Shown here in pieces: positions 41,428 to 55,711 of a DNA stretch of 64,000 bases. Below the pieces are notes generated by a model. That model ran no database searches and was not told where the DNA came from. It saw nothing but the letters and a program-made list of their open reading frames with translations. This DNA comes from Eledone cirrhosa. Lineage: Eukaryota. Each line of letters begins with the position of its first letter. Position 1 is the first letter of the stretch. The DNA lies in NCBI GenBank assembly GCA_964016885.1, contig OZ024750.1:26474001-26538000 (forward strand). The letters run 5' to 3'. Position numbers and translations under genes: made by a program.

Positions 41428-42322
41428 ATGTACGTGTGTATGTAATTTTTGTGTACGTATGTGTATTTTGTATGTATGTGTGGGCATGTGTGAGTATATA
41501 TATATATATGTGTTTGTGTATATATATATGTATATATGTATATATATACATATGTGTATATATATATATACACATATATGTGTATGTATATATGTGTGTG
41601 TATGAGTGTGTATATATATATATTTATATAAATGTATATAAGGTTGGGCGTATGTATGTGCGCGCGCGTATATATGCATATATTTGTATGTTTGAGTAGG
41701 CCATGCTTATCCCACCGGATACATGGCGCGAATTAAGCAGCCGTCATAAGGCTTGTGGCGATATGTATCTACAAGTGGGTGTGACCGGGTCCGTGGAAGT
41801 GAGGGAGAGAGTGTGTGTGTATATATACATATACGTATGTATGTGGGGGCGTATGTGTCTGCGCATGTAGGCGTACGTGTGTGTATGCATAAATCTGTCT
41901 GTGTCTGCATGTGTGTGTGTATGTGTGTGTATATTAGTATGTGTGGGTGCTTACTCTGAAGTGTGAACAGACGTGTGAAGTACTGAACCCAGCATGACTC
42001 CATTGAAATGTGTCGGTCGGAAAAATTGTTGATGACCCGTGTGGCATAAAATACTGACCAGAACTTGTGATGACGTGGAGGAAAAACAGCCAATGGCATG
42101 ACAAGAGTGGAAGTCGGGTTTTTTAGGGTGTTTCTTTTTATGATAACACCCCAGTGATAAAATTAGCTCCCAACGAAATACCTGTGTCTGAAAGAACCTG
42201 CAGGAATAAAATCACCAAGATCCATACAAGGACCATGTCTCGAGCTACCTGTCGGCGAAACAATTGTAACACGCAATAAATTAAGTCCAGCTGCATCACT
42301 GATTTTCCGTTTTCTTTATATT
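40740..42322 (+). repeat. Solo pLTR/3' region of the 12690-17590 PLE
   Basis: Colinear reverse-complement match to 12690-14230, including the low-complexity blocks. (TA)n-flanked. Confidence 0.8.
42183..42273 (+). ncRNA. Type I hammerhead variant (CUGAAAGA core)
   Basis: UGUGU-CUGAAAGA-[ACCUGCAGG..CCUGUCGGC]-GAAA-C-AAUU-GUA-ACACG. Confidence 0.6.
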
Positions 42323-42339
42323 ATATATATATATATATA

Positions 42340-42453
42340 TTCTGAGTTCAAATCCCGCCGAGGTTAACTTTGCCTTTCATCCTTACGGGGTCGATAAAAT
42401 AAAGTACCAGTAATGTACTGGGTAATTGCTGGCCTTGTGCCAAATGTAGAAAC

Positions 42454-42457
<4 letters not shown>
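42340..42457 (+). mobile_element. 5'-truncated Octopus-type SINE
   Basis: TCTGAGTTCAAATCCCGCCGAGGTTAACTTTGCCTTTCATCC. Confidence 0.8.
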
Positions 42458-42530
<73 letters not shown>

Positions 42531-42909
42531 GAGATAGGTAGGTAGGTAGATTGATTACCATATCGTTTATTTCCACAGTAATAAGAAACCAAAACACGTA
42601 TAATAAATAGTATTTACATGAGATTAATGGGGAAATATATTCGAAAGACCGACAAAACTACCGCAGAATTTTCATATAGATATGGGATAGTTATATTGAT
42701 AATCCTATTAAAACATATTGTAAATTGTATTGAATTAAAATTATATTAAAACATACTGAAAGAGGGTGAGAAACAAATCTTCTGTTGCAGATTAATATAT
42801 GCAGATTTATATTTAACGTGATTTTTTATATAAATAGTTTGTTTCAAGAAGAACGGAGACAAGCTCTGGACAGTGATCAGTTGTATATCCTCTAATAAAC
42901 GACTTGGTT

Positions 42910-43175
42910 GTGGTTTAACTGATTAAGCTTCGAATCAACATGTAAGCGTGGTTTAACTACTTAAACCTCGAATCAACATGTAAGTGTTGTTTAACTATTT
43001 AAGCTTCTAATCTACATGTAAACGTGGTTTAACTAATTAAGATTCGAATCAACATGTAAGAGTGGTTTAACTAATTAAGCTTCGAATCAACATGTAATAG
43101 TGGTTTAACTAATTGAGCTTCCAATCAATATGTAAGCGTGGCTTAACTAATTAACCTTCAAATTGACATGTAAGC
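42910..43175 (+). repeat. 38-bp minisatellite, about 7 units
   Basis: Unit GTGGTTTAACTAATTAAGCTTCGAATCAACATGTAAGC repeated head to tail without spacers. Confidence 0.9.
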
Positions 43176-43749
43176 AAGCATCAATCCTAGTCAATGATCT
43201 AGGTTTGATTGCAAACAGAAGAGTGACGTTACACCTGGACAATTATATATTCAAGAAAGGTATGAACATCACCCAACCACTTTTTAAGAAATGTGGTTTT
43301 CTCCCAATTCAGTCTGTAAAAGAAAACAGAAAAAAACAAGTCAAAACAAAACAAAGCAAGCGACAGTGTGTTATTATTATACGATCTAATTTCTTGGATT
43401 ATATAAATAATGAGACAAGACGGAATTGAGGCAACATATCTTATAAATCATCCTGTTTGTCTGTCTGTGTGTTGCTGACAGCTGCGATTGTTGAGGCAAC
43501 GTCTTTTCACATTTTTGCTATATCAGCGAAAAACGCACTCGTTTCCCAGCTGAGTTTCGCTGTAAAAACCTAACCATAATGTATACAATATAACAATTTT
43601 TATAAATTAACTGACGTCCGGAAAACATATTCTTTTACTCTTTTACTGGTTTCAGTTATTAGACTGACGTCAGCTAGGCTGAGGCATCGTTTTGATTTAG
43701 TCGGGATAAAGAGTCCGTTGTTTATTGTATCAGGTCTTGCAGCCATTTC

Positions 43750-44073
43750 ATTACTGGTACTTTATTTTATCGACCGCTTAAGGTTGAAAGGCAAAGTTTA
43801 CCTCGGCCGGATTTGAACTCAGACCATAAAGGGCCGTAACTCTTTGCTACAATGCATGGCGTCCGACTGTCAATCCACCGCCCTTTGAATAAATAATTGT
43901 TTCTACTTTTGGCACAAGGCCAGCAAATATACCAGTGTATTACTGGTACTTTATATTATCGACCTCGTAAGGATGAAAGGCAAAGTTAACCTCGGTGGGG
44001 TTTGAACTAAGACGATAAAGGGCCATAACTCTATGCTAAAAGCATGGTGGCCGACTCTGTACCAATACTGCCA
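43750..44073 (-). mobile_element. Two tandem Octopus-type SINEs (a further plus-strand copy lies at 44915-45050)
   Basis: SINE consensus core present twice. Confidence 0.75.
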
Positions 44074-45180
44074 AGAATAAATAATGAATGAATATTACAT
44101 AATTTATCTACTAAATCTTGTGGCTGTTCATTAAATATATTTAGTTTATTTAAAGATTCACTTCTTTAAAATTTCTGAAATGTCAACACTTCCGGTTGGC
44201 CATCGCTTAAATAAACATACTAATTTGCCGTCACTAATTTTCTCCTAATGCAGTTTATATATAATATCGTCTTTTTTAATGTATCACGGATTACGTTACT
44301 GATTAAATAAAAGAGTGTAACGCAGTCTTCGTTCAATTTCTATGTATTATATATTGTCACTTACGATTTTATTTGATGTATCATATATACTTGCGTATAA
44401 TATCAATATACACACTACACATGTTAGCAGAAAAACCACCCAAAGGGTGGTTTTTCTGCTAGTTCTATATAACAATGTATAGTGACCATAGAGTTGTTTA
44501 AACCTCGTCATTTAAGGTGAAAATAAATGGTTGACAAATATATTTTTGGCATTTATATGGCGAAGACATACGGGGCATCTCTTTTATTTAATACTGAATC
44601 AAATAATACCTTATAAATATCTAGTATGTTATTATAATCTTCTCCCTCTCTATTCTTTCTTTACTATCTTCTTCCCTTTCTTTCCCTCTTGCATTGCTGT
44701 CTTTCTCTCTTTGTCTCTCTATCTCTCTCACTGCTCACAAGGGGTCTTGTACCGCCTTGCAACTTTTCTCTTGGCGGCCCTCTCTATAATTTAAAATGTC
44801 GTGCCGCCATTACTAGACATATATTTTCTGGATATCTTTGACTAAAGGTTTCTGATTTAGGCACAAGGCCAACAAATTTGGAGGGAGGGAAAAGCCCATT
44901 AAATCAACCTAGCATAGTTACGTCCCTTTACGGTCTGAGTTCAAATCCCGTCGAGGTTAACTTTGTCTTTCATCCTTATGGGGTCAATAAAATAAAGTAC
45001 CAGTAATGTACTGGGTGTTTTTGCTGGCCTTGTGCCAAAAGTAGAAACAGTTATATATTATTCATTTAAGTGAACCTCGTTATGTGCTTCTAGAGATCAA
45101 CCCAAACATAGCTGGCCATCTTAAAATATGTCAGCCGTTAATATAACAAACAGTTCAACGCCATTTAATTGGAGGATGAG

Positions 45181-45200
45181 GTAACTACCACTACTACCAT

Positions 45201-45254
<54 letters not shown>

Positions 45255-45259
45255 CATAC

Positions 45260-45307
<48 letters not shown>

Positions 45308-45363
45308 GTACTACCACCACCACCACCACAACCTCTACTACTATTACCACCGCTACCACCACC

Positions 45364-45404
<41 letters not shown>

Positions 45405-46720
45405 CACCTCTACTAATATTACCACCGCTACCACCACCACCACCACCACCACCTCTACTAATATTACCACCGCTACCACCACCACCACCTCTACTAATAT
45501 TACCACCGCTACCACCATAGGAATACATACTCACTCATACATACAACCACACACACATACAGACACACACACACACACACAACCACAAATCCAAACATAC
45601 ACACACGCATACATATGTATACATACACATGCATTTATACACACAACCACACACACGTACACACACACATATGCATACACACACATACATACATATGTAT
45701 ACATACACAAGCATTTATACACACAACCACACGCACGTACACATACACACACACATACATATGTATACATACACATACATATGTATACATACACACGCAT
45801 GTATACACACAACCACACACGCATGCAGACACACACATACAGACACATACAAATACATATGTATACACACAACCATGCGTACGTATGTATGTGTGTTACT
45901 ATGTATGTATACATATGTATGTATGTATGTGTGTTACTATGTATGTATATGTGTTACTATGTATGTATGTGTGTTACTATGTATGTATATGTGTTACTAT
46001 GTATGTATGTGTGTTACTATGTATGTATATGTGTTACTATGTATGTATGTGTGTTACTATGTATGTATGTGTATTACTATGTATGTATGTGTGTTACTAT
46101 GTATGTATGTATATGTGTATGTATGTATGTATATGTGTTACTATGTATGTATAGGTGTTAATATGTATGTATGTGTGTTACTATGTATGTATATGTGTTA
46201 CTATGTATGTATGTATGTATATATGTTACTATGTAGTATATGTGTTACTATGTATGTATATGTGTTACTATGTATGTATGTATATGAGTTACTATATATG
46301 TATGTATGTTACTATGTATGTATATGTGTTACTATGTAAGTATGTATATGTATTACTATGAATGTATATGTGTTACTATGTAAGTATGTATATGTATTAT
46401 TATGTATGTATATGTGTTACTATGCATCTATGTATAAGTGTTACTATGTATGATATATTTCTTTATTTGCCACTAGGGCACAAAAGAAGGGGACAAATAC
46501 ACAGCTCCAATAATGATGGGTATGAAGCTAAAGGTGTATCTTGGACATTGAATTTGTAAACTCCTCATCAATGGTCCGTAGATGTCCTCCTTCTCCTGTA
46601 TTTTTCTGACAACGTTTACATCAAGTGGGCAGCTGATCTCCACAACAGATATGTGTTACTATGTATGTATATGTGTTACTATGTATGTATGTATGTTACT
46701 ATGTATGTATGTATATGTAT
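45181..46720. repeat. Compound (ACT/ACC)n, (CA/TA)n and ~20-bp GTGTTACTATGTATGTATAT minisatellite, with embedded Tx1 3' (46455-46500) and R4 (46500-46650) scraps
   Basis: Direct reading. Bases 46500-46650 are the reverse complement of ~27395-27530. Confidence 0.85.
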
Positions 46721-46721
46721 T

Positions 46722-47222
46722 CTAGGGCGGGTAAAATTCCCGAGATCCATGGACGAGTTCTCTCCAGCGGTCTCTGTCCATCATTATCGCTGCCATGTCC
46801 TGTGTCTCCAACAGATCAGTGTCTGTCCTTAAGGCATGTACATACGTTAACCTTGGTCTTCCTCTTCCAGTGTGTCCATGTAGGGGCTCCCACAAGAGCA
46901 CTGAGTGCAATGTCAACTCTGGATGTCGGTGAGCATGTCCAACTAACCTCAGTCTCCTCTGCGTCACTTTTGACCTGACTTTTGGGAGGCTCCGATACAG
47001 CTCTGAGTTTTTCATCCTCAGTGTATATTGATTAATGTTCAGAGCCACCCTCAGCATTCTCGTGTAACAGCCATCCACCATCTGAGTGAGTTTCTTGGTC
47101 AGTGTCCAAGTCTCAGATCCATACAGCAGCACTGACTCCACTACAGCAATGAAGAGGCGGATTTTCAGGTCTTTACGAAGGTCCGACTTCCACACTGATC
47201 TCAAGCTGTGGTACGCCGCCCA
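46722..47222 (-). mobile_element. 3' fragment of the RTE LINE (family of 9370-12651)
   Basis: LFIAVVESVLLYGSETW...RELVHGSREFYPP. Confidence 0.9.
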
Positions 47223-47284
47223 GGAGTGCCACAGCTTGAGATCAGTGTGGAAGATCTATGCTAAGATCAATGCTAAGATCTGCT

Positions 47285-48800
47285 AATTAATATCGAAAAG
47301 AAAAATGTGGCACCTCATGGCCGTTACAATACCAGTGAGTGTGGGAGCACTGGGTATGATCAAGAAAGTACTGCACACATATTGAGAAGAGCACTATCTC
47401 TGTAAGAAGGATATCCCTCCATTTGGAAAGAAGCAGAACTCAAAGCAAGTTTCGAATCATCATAATAATAATAATTGTGTCCTTCTCTACATGGAGTTCG
47501 AAGCTACTTGGTCAAAAGATTTAGTCAAAGCCATGAACGAATAGCTGAACAACTTATCATATAGCTAAATGCTGATCAAGTGATACCCGAGTGGCTGACA
47601 AAGGGAGTGACACTTTTCTGCATAAATATTTCACTAAAGGACATGCGGTAGACAATTGCAGACCGACAACATGCCTACCAGTATGTGGAAATTATTGACT
47701 GGAATAAATGCAGAATCAATGTACGTGCATCTTGAAAGGTTTTGAAGCAAATACAAGAGGAAGATATTGGAAGTTGATAAAATAATGCAGGGGGAAATTA
47801 AAGAATAATTTAGGGTGTAATAGGTGCGCAGACTGAGGCTTATTCTCAAGTCGAAACTGAATGGAAGGAATAAGATGGAATCTATCAATTCATGAGCGAT
47901 ATCACTCCTTAGAAATGGGGCAGCGTCGATGACGTGGACTATATAAGAGCTAAACAGTTTAGAACGGTAGACAAGAATGATGTGGACTAGGTATGGGATA
48001 TTTCACCCAAAGAATGACACAGACAGATTATATATACCAAGAAAAAGAAGAGGATGGGGACTGACAGGGTGCCAAGAGAGCATTAAATCAAAAGAAATCA
48101 TCATGGCGTGGTATATAAAAAATTCCACAGAACAGCTGTATAAAATAGAAGTTTCCAAAAAGAAAAAAACAACAAAAAAACAAACAAACACAGTACATGC
48201 ATTTGAGGATGGATGAGACTGAAAGTAAATGGACAGAAAAACAAATATGTGGAAAATTCCATAGACATGTTGAAGATAGGACAGGCAGAGGAAAGAAGGT
48301 AGTTATGGATGTCTAAAAGTGATCTAAAACCCGGAAACAGCATCCTTAATCTGTGCTGGTCAAGAACAAGCACTAAGAACTAACTACATCAAACATAGAG
48401 TACACCTCACAACAGAAAGTGCTCAGTGTAGAAGTTGTGGCATGAATAGAGAAACTGTATGAAATATTACCAGTCAATGTGCACCACTAGATCAGAAAGA
48501 ATATAAAAGACGTCAAGACAACATAGCATGGAAAGTAGAGCTCGTTGAGGTAAATATGCACTTTACAGAGCAAAACATCGGTAGGAACATAACCCCGAGG
48601 GCATTATTGAAATCACTAATGCAAAGATTCTGTGTGATTTTGTGATGCAGTGTGACCATGAGATTGATCACAGGAGACAAGACATTGTATCAATTGAGAA
48701 AGAAAGCAAACAATGTTGGATCATATATATAGCTTGTCCAGCTGATTAAAAGGTATGCGGTAAAGAAGGAAAAAATTCGTGCGCCTTTACCAGACTAAAG
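47285..48800 (+). mobile_element. Heavily decayed R4-clade LINE remnants
   Basis: HPKNDTDRLYIPRKRRGWGL, ICAGQEQALRTNYIK, CRSC, and DF..CDHEIDHRRQDIV. Confidence 0.75.
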
Positions 48801-49549
48801 TCGTTTGAATCTATTCGGGACATGTCAGGAAAATACACCTCTACTCTTTCTTCCCCTCGGTTTCATCTGCCACGACAGAACTGAAAATGCCAGGATTATT
48901 TCTCTTCCCATTCTGTATCAATAAATAAATTTATAATAAATTTATAATTGCTTCTACTTTTGGCACAAGGCCAGCAACATAATCCAGTGCATTACTGGTA
49001 CAATAAATTTATAATACTAAATTTATAATACTATAAATTTATAATACTAAATCAAGAAGCTGATTCAGTAGCCAGCTTGACAGCCGAAATAAGTAGCACC
49101 AACAATTATTATTATCATTAACAAGAGAAAGGCAACGACAGCAACAGAGACAATAACCACCCTGCATCTTCGGTGAAAGAAGGCATTCGAAGCCCAGCAG
49201 CCAAGAGGAGACATACGACAGCAGAAGTGACAATAACAACAACAACATATATGTGTATACACCAACATCATAGCAGCAATCACTACCACTACCATTAACA
49301 AGAGTAAGCCAACTCCAGCATCAGTGACAATAACAACTTTTGGGTATTTCCGCTGGGAACAACCCCTTGTTTTCTTTTCGTACATTCATCCATTCATTCA
49401 TTTATTTATTTACTAACTTTCTACTTTCTTCTGTGTCCCCCTCCGTGCACCCCTTCTCTTCTATCTTCTCTTCTGTTGCCTCCATATCTGATGTAGGTGA
49501 GCTATGAGGCCTCACTCATACCAACACTTTCCCTTCCACTTACATACAG

Positions 49550-52390
49550 TTGTGCCTAGCACCTAGGCTGGTAACAACCAGTCAGTCACCCCTGATGCCG
49601 CTTGGTGCCCCAGTCCCCGGCATCACGCCCCATCCTCCAAACCCTCCTGTCGACACCTGCAGCACTTGCAGCACCACGAACAGACAGGAGAGGGGCCGGA
49701 ACTGTCCGGGGTGCCGCTGCTTCCACCACCTCACCTGTGTTGGCTTGACGCGTCGAGCTTCCAGTGAACTCGCAGCGTGGAGATGCAGAAGCCGTCTCTT
49801 TCTTCGTCTGCACAGCCACGGCCGTCTGGCACACCACCTGAAAAGACAGCGAGCTTGCCTGGTGCCCAAGCCTCACTGGTCAACATCGTTCGGCTCAGGG
49901 GGCTCCGGAAGGTTCCGTTCTGGATCCCGAGAGCGGCCCTGGTGCTGATAGACGATGCCCTCGCTTACTCGATTGAGAGTGCCCAGGACTCCAATGAAGC
50001 CAGCGACTGAGAGCGCCTCTTCTATTTTTCCCCACTAACCATCGGCCTCCCAAGCCCTGGGGATGACCGAGGCGGCCTGCCGACAGCAGCCTGTGTCTAG
50101 GCCAATGTTTCGTCCTTTGTGCAAGCACCCATTCCAAGCGTGTCGAAGGACGCCACACCACCTGCTCTCGGGTGCCTCCAATCCTCCACCAGTAAGGCTA
50201 GCGTCAAGCGTTTTCGATACCGCGTAAATACTAAACTAATCATGGGTGATGTCTCGGCTGCAGTCAGAGTGGTTGCCTCAGAGGACACTGTCCTGCAATC
50301 CACCGAGGAGGTCCTGGCTGCCCTGCGACTCAAGCTCCCTAAGACACATGTTGACCTACCCCCACTAGATCCCCACCTGCTCCTTGTGGCTTCCGTCTCT
50401 TATCAAGTGCTTCCCAGCTAGCAACAGCGGAGGTGCTGATGGGCTCCGACCTGGCCGCCTCAAGGAGTTGCTCTCCCCTCTCTCCGCTGAGGCCGGCGGC
50501 CGCCTTCTGAGTGCAATTGTGTCACCAATAGGCGCCCTGGATCCTCGCGCCCGAGGTTTCTTTTTTTCGGCTTGCCTGACCGCTCTCAGGAAGAAAGAAG
50601 GTTGCATACGCCCCATCGCTGTGGGTAATTTCTTCCGGAGGCTGGCTGCTAAGGTGGTCTCCAGGTCCATAACACCTGAACTGGATGACGAGTTCAGTCC
50701 GTTGCATCTGGATGTCGGCGTGTTCGTGGATGTGAGGGGGCGCAAATGCAACCAGGCAGTCTTCTACCGAAACCGGCATCCAGGAACACCAGGCACCTCA
50801 TTGTCAAGCTTGACATGAGGGACCATCTGCTTGATGCCTGTCTCAGCCGAACCCTCTTCGGCTACCCGCTGGCCTATCTGTCATATGGAGCCTCGAGCAT
50901 GCTCCTTGCTACTGATACGGTTACCTTCGGCCACTGGGGGCCTACAGGGTGACACTTTGATATTCCTCCTGTTTGCGCTTGGTATGAACCACATTGCCCG
51001 TAGTATCACGGCCCCAGGTAGTCTTGGATGAGCCCGTGAAGACTGTCTGCCACGAACTTCAATCAGCCTCCAGGTCAACTCGTCCAAGTCGGAGGTGGTG
51101 ACTTTCAGCCATGATGCTGAGAGCTTTGCAGCCTCCGTCTCGGACATGTGGTCTATTCTCCACCAGGTAGAGCTGACCCCCAAAGAGGATGTAATCATTC
51201 TCGTGTCACCGATCCACCCGCCCACCATCCGCTCCACCATCAAATCCAGGCTCCATCAACTCTAGAGCCGACTGGGCTTAATCGACGGCCACCCAGCTCT
51301 CTTCCTGTTGAGGAACTGCTTCTCCATGCCAAAGCTCCTCTACACCCTTCGCATCGCTCGGTGCTACAGCCACGGATCTCTCCTCACTGATCTCGATATT
51401 TGTATCCGAGCGGCAACCGACGAGATATGCAACGTCAGGTTTGACGACATTGGATGGCAAGAGGCCACTTTAGTTGTCAGGTATGGTGGCTTGGCTTTCG
51501 GTCCCCGATCTCGATGGCTTTGCCGGCGTTTCTTTCATCGGTAACCTCATGCTGCGCCCTCTTCAGCAGGGTTCTCCAAAACAATGGATCGCTATATGAT
51601 CAAGTAACGTGACGCCGCCTGTGAGACGTGGGACCAGCTGGGACTTAGCCCAGTAGACGTCTCTCCTCTTTCTTCCCCTGCTATTGTCATGTTCCCCCAA
51701 AGCATTTGGGATGCCATCCAGTGCAGCCTGGCCTCCGATAGGCTGATGCGCCAGCTCGACCAGTACAACCTTGCCTGTTTTCGCGCGGCCTCCAAAACCC
51801 ACAATGGTGCCTGGCTCCATACATGGCTCTCCTTTCACACAGGCACGCATTTTGTATAACGATAACCTGCGAATCTGCGTTTGCTTAAGCTTAGCCTCCG
51901 GATCTGCGAGCCACAAAAATGTTGCTGTGGATCCATCATGGACTCTTTCGGCCTACACCCGCTTTCCTCCTCACTACAGTGCCAGACGCCTTCCATGCCA
52001 TGCTGCCCTCAACGAACTCATAAAAACTGGTTTGTACGCTGCAGGCTTCCCTTCCTAACTCGAGCCGGTGGGGCTGGACCGAGGGGACGACAAAAGGTCA
52101 GACGGTATGACCATCTTCCCGTTCCGCGGAGGCAAGACCCTCGTCTGGATGCCAGGTACTGCTGCCCGTCGCTCTGAGGAGGCCAAACTCATCAAGTACC
52201 ATTCGCCCTCCAACAAAGGAAATTTCTGGTGTCCTTGGCCCTGGGGCTACCTCTCTATTCACCACCATAGGCGGTGTGTGCCTCTCGAGTTGGAATAGTT
52301 CCTCCAGCACATCTCCGTTACCATCCTCCAGGGAATCGCCTTCTCCATTCTGTCCGCCGGGGCTGTGGGGGGGGGGGGCAGCACTTGGAC
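49550..52390 (+). mobile_element. Decayed CRE-clade non-LTR retrotransposon (PHD-like finger, RT, restriction-like endonuclease)
   Basis: GC-rich relative to its flanks. Motifs CxxC..CxxC..HLTC..WRC, SGGADGLRP, IRPIAVGNFFRRLAAK, LLRNCFSMPKLLYTLR, RYGGL, CHAALNELIK and DRGDDKRSDGMT..GKTLVW. Confidence 0.8.
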
Positions 52391-53014
52391 CCAATCATAC
52401 GGATGAAGACATATAACCTCTCTTTTTCTTTTATGTACTCTTTTACGATTAAAAGGTTAGTCTTACATAAGACTGAAGTAAAAAAAAACTCAAGCAAATT
52501 ATATAGTGAAATAGAACATGAGTAATCTACTGATGTTTAGCACAAAGAGTGCACACGTCGTCTCGAGACACTGAACGCTAACGATAATTCCGTTAGCATC
52601 GTCGTGAAGAACGCCACTCAGACAAAATTTTCGGAGTTTTCCTCACTTTCGATTCATAATTTAACCCGGCTTGCAATGTCCTCCCTTTCTATTGCTGGAT
52701 TTATTATATTATTAACATGGCAGGTCACTTTAGAAAATGGTAAGATAATAACTCATTTGTTATTTTATTCACTTATTGAATACTTTGATTTCTGTCCTCA
52801 AATATTTTTCACATTTCCATTAATACTCTCATGCTATCACCTGATGCTCCAACCTAACAGAATTGTTATACTTTGGGAGGGTCATGTTGCCAATAAGAAA
52901 CACACGCACCAGTTACTTTCACTCCAATTTATTATAAATTAAATTTTAAAATTTAAGAATTTATAAATTTCGGTTGGTTGGATGGTTCTACAACCGGACG
53001 GTTGTTCATATATT

Positions 53015-53057
53015 GTCAAAGTTCTTTCGTCATACATTCTGTGACCTCTTCAGTGAC
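53015..53057 (-). ncRNA. Type I hammerhead-like motif
   Basis: GUCA-CUGAAGA-[G GUCA..UGAC]-GAAA-G-AA-CUU-UGAC: 4-bp stem I, 2-bp stem III, CUU triplet. Confidence 0.5.
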
Positions 53058-53163
53058 TGAGCATTCTTTTCTTTGTTTTGTGCCTCTCCTATATATATGT
53101 CACTTACTCCACTATATATATATATATATATATCTTTGTGTTTGTGTGTGTGTATGAGTGCAT

Positions 53164-53207
<44 letters not shown>

Positions 53208-53237
53208 GTGTGCGTGCGCGTATATAGATGTGTATAT

Positions 53238-54579
53238 GTCATCATCATCATCATCATTATTTCACGTCCGCTTTCATCTGTAAGCAAGTTTTGCGTGAGT
53301 TACATAGAACAAATTAGTACTGAAGCGTGTCTTCTGACCAATCAGTCAGGCCAAGGTCACATCGAGTTGTTTTTGACACAAACTGAAGGGTCCTACTCAC
53401 CCTTTGTTTAGTAAGCTTTCTACGGCCGTATCCCTTTCTTACTACCAACTGCGTTGCAGCCTGTACTGATTGATTTTATTGTGTAGATCAGCAGGGCTAA
53501 GGAGATGGTGTTTTTAAACAACTAAAGGTTTATCTCAATTCTTTTATGTATGGGATCTACAGCGGGTGAACTACCACTCACCAACCATTCTGGAGAGGTT
53601 GACTATAAATCAAACTGCAGAACCCTTCAAATCTGGAGAAGGGACAATTAGGGAGGCAGATAAGTATAAAGTTATAGGTATGTGTGGGGGTTTGTTTGGC
53701 AAGCCAATGAGTAAGGGGTAGCAGTTACTGATTAGTGTATGGGGTGAATTGGTGTGAGGGATGTGGTCAACATGGTGGAGGTTGTGTCGTGATGGAGAGA
53801 TAAGAAGCGGGTTTAAGGATGAGTAAGAGTTAGGGATAGCTGATTAGTGTAGGTGGAGTGGGGAATGTAGTGAAGGATGTGGTCGATAGATATTGGGGTC
53901 ATGTTAGGGAGATGGGTAAGGGATATTGAGGGATAAGTTTTGCTAATAGTGGTGGAGTGAACTATGGGGAGAGAAAGCAGCTACTATTGGCCAATGGTGA
54001 GGATATCTAAGGTGTTTAGTGTTTGAGTGGGTCTCGAGTGTATACGTGTAGTGGATTCTCCATTGGGGAGAACAGATGGGGAAAGTAATCATAGGAGGGA
54101 GGGTGTACTTCATGGATGGGTCAGGTCATATTTTATGATTCTGGTCGAGTCTTCATTAACACAGCATAGCGCCAGCCACATCTGCCACATCTCTTGTGAG
54201 TCCATCGATTTCACTCTGTGCACCTTATAGAACTCCTGCCAACCCTTTTCTGGCATATCGAACACAGCCATCTCCCTGATTGTATCCCCTTTTAGTCCTA
54301 TTTCGTGCTTAGCCCTTTTGCTCTGATGCGATTAGTTTTAGGCTTTTCAACTCTAAGTTATTGCATGTTTGAAGTTTTGTCCTTTACCATCCTACGGTTT
54401 CAGTTTAGGTACTCTGTACAGTTTTGAAATACTCCGTGAAGAACAGTGAAGAACAGTGATAAATAGGAGTGGACTAAGGACTGAGCGCTGGTGGACATCG
54501 AACTGCACTTCATCACTCTACTGGCATACAGCTTTTTTATACATGGCCCAAACTGCTTTCACAAGTCATTCAGCTACAT
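53238..54579 (-). mobile_element. Old RTE LINE, 3' part with (GAT)n tail; interrupted at 54579
   Basis: Minus strand E*LVKAVWAMYK..VHQRSVLSPLLFI, homologous to the RTE at 56142. Continues at 60342. Confidence 0.7.
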
Positions 54580-54988
54580 GAAAAGTTCTCAACCCATTTC
54601 GGCCAAACGCCCTCTTTGCCCCTCGAAATCACGAAACGACCCCTACCCTATTTTTCCATTTTTCAATATACTACTGATTTTGATATCAGTAAATTACTGG
54701 GCCAAATCAAGTTATGTTAGAATCTATAAAATATACTCGTACTAATTAGGTACAAAAAGTCTCAGTCCAAAACAAAAGCAAACTATTTCAAATTATATAT
54801 TTTAGAAAAACAGACGTGAATGTTCTCAAAGATTTGATCTCAGTCGAAAAAGCTGTTTTTTGTAATTTCTATATTTCCCTGTTAGCTGTTGTAATATTTT
54901 GAGTGGATAGACAATTCTACAATTCAAACTGTAAATCAAAATACAAAAGATGCAAATTATGAAGAATTTCTTACCTTTCTCTGAAATC

Positions 54989-55539
<551 letters not shown>

Positions 55540-55645
55540 CCTCATTACACAATGCTTCAAGTGAACTATAACCCCCTCCATATATATATATATATATATA
55601 TATACGATATTAAACAAATGGAAACTATATTTATAAAACCATATT

Positions 55646-55711
55646 TATTTTATTATATATATTTCTGGGATATCATATTAAAAATATGGTATGCCTTCCT
55701 CAGACAAAATA
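55646..55711 (-). ncRNA. Type I hammerhead ribozyme
   Basis: UAUUUUGU-CUGAGGA-[AGG..CAUAUU/AAUAUG..CCCA]-GAAA-U-AUAU-AUA-AUAAAAUA: 8-bp stem I, palindromic stem III. Confidence 0.65.

Noticed and set aside
42910-43175. CRISPR-like array
   Set aside because: Units are contiguous with no unique spacers, there are no cas genes, and the context is eukaryotic.
45121-46339. 330-aa Thr-rich mucin-like and Gly/Ser-rich ORFs
   Set aside because: They derive from (ACT/ACC)n and minisatellite sequence that is open on both strands, with no splice or domain evidence.
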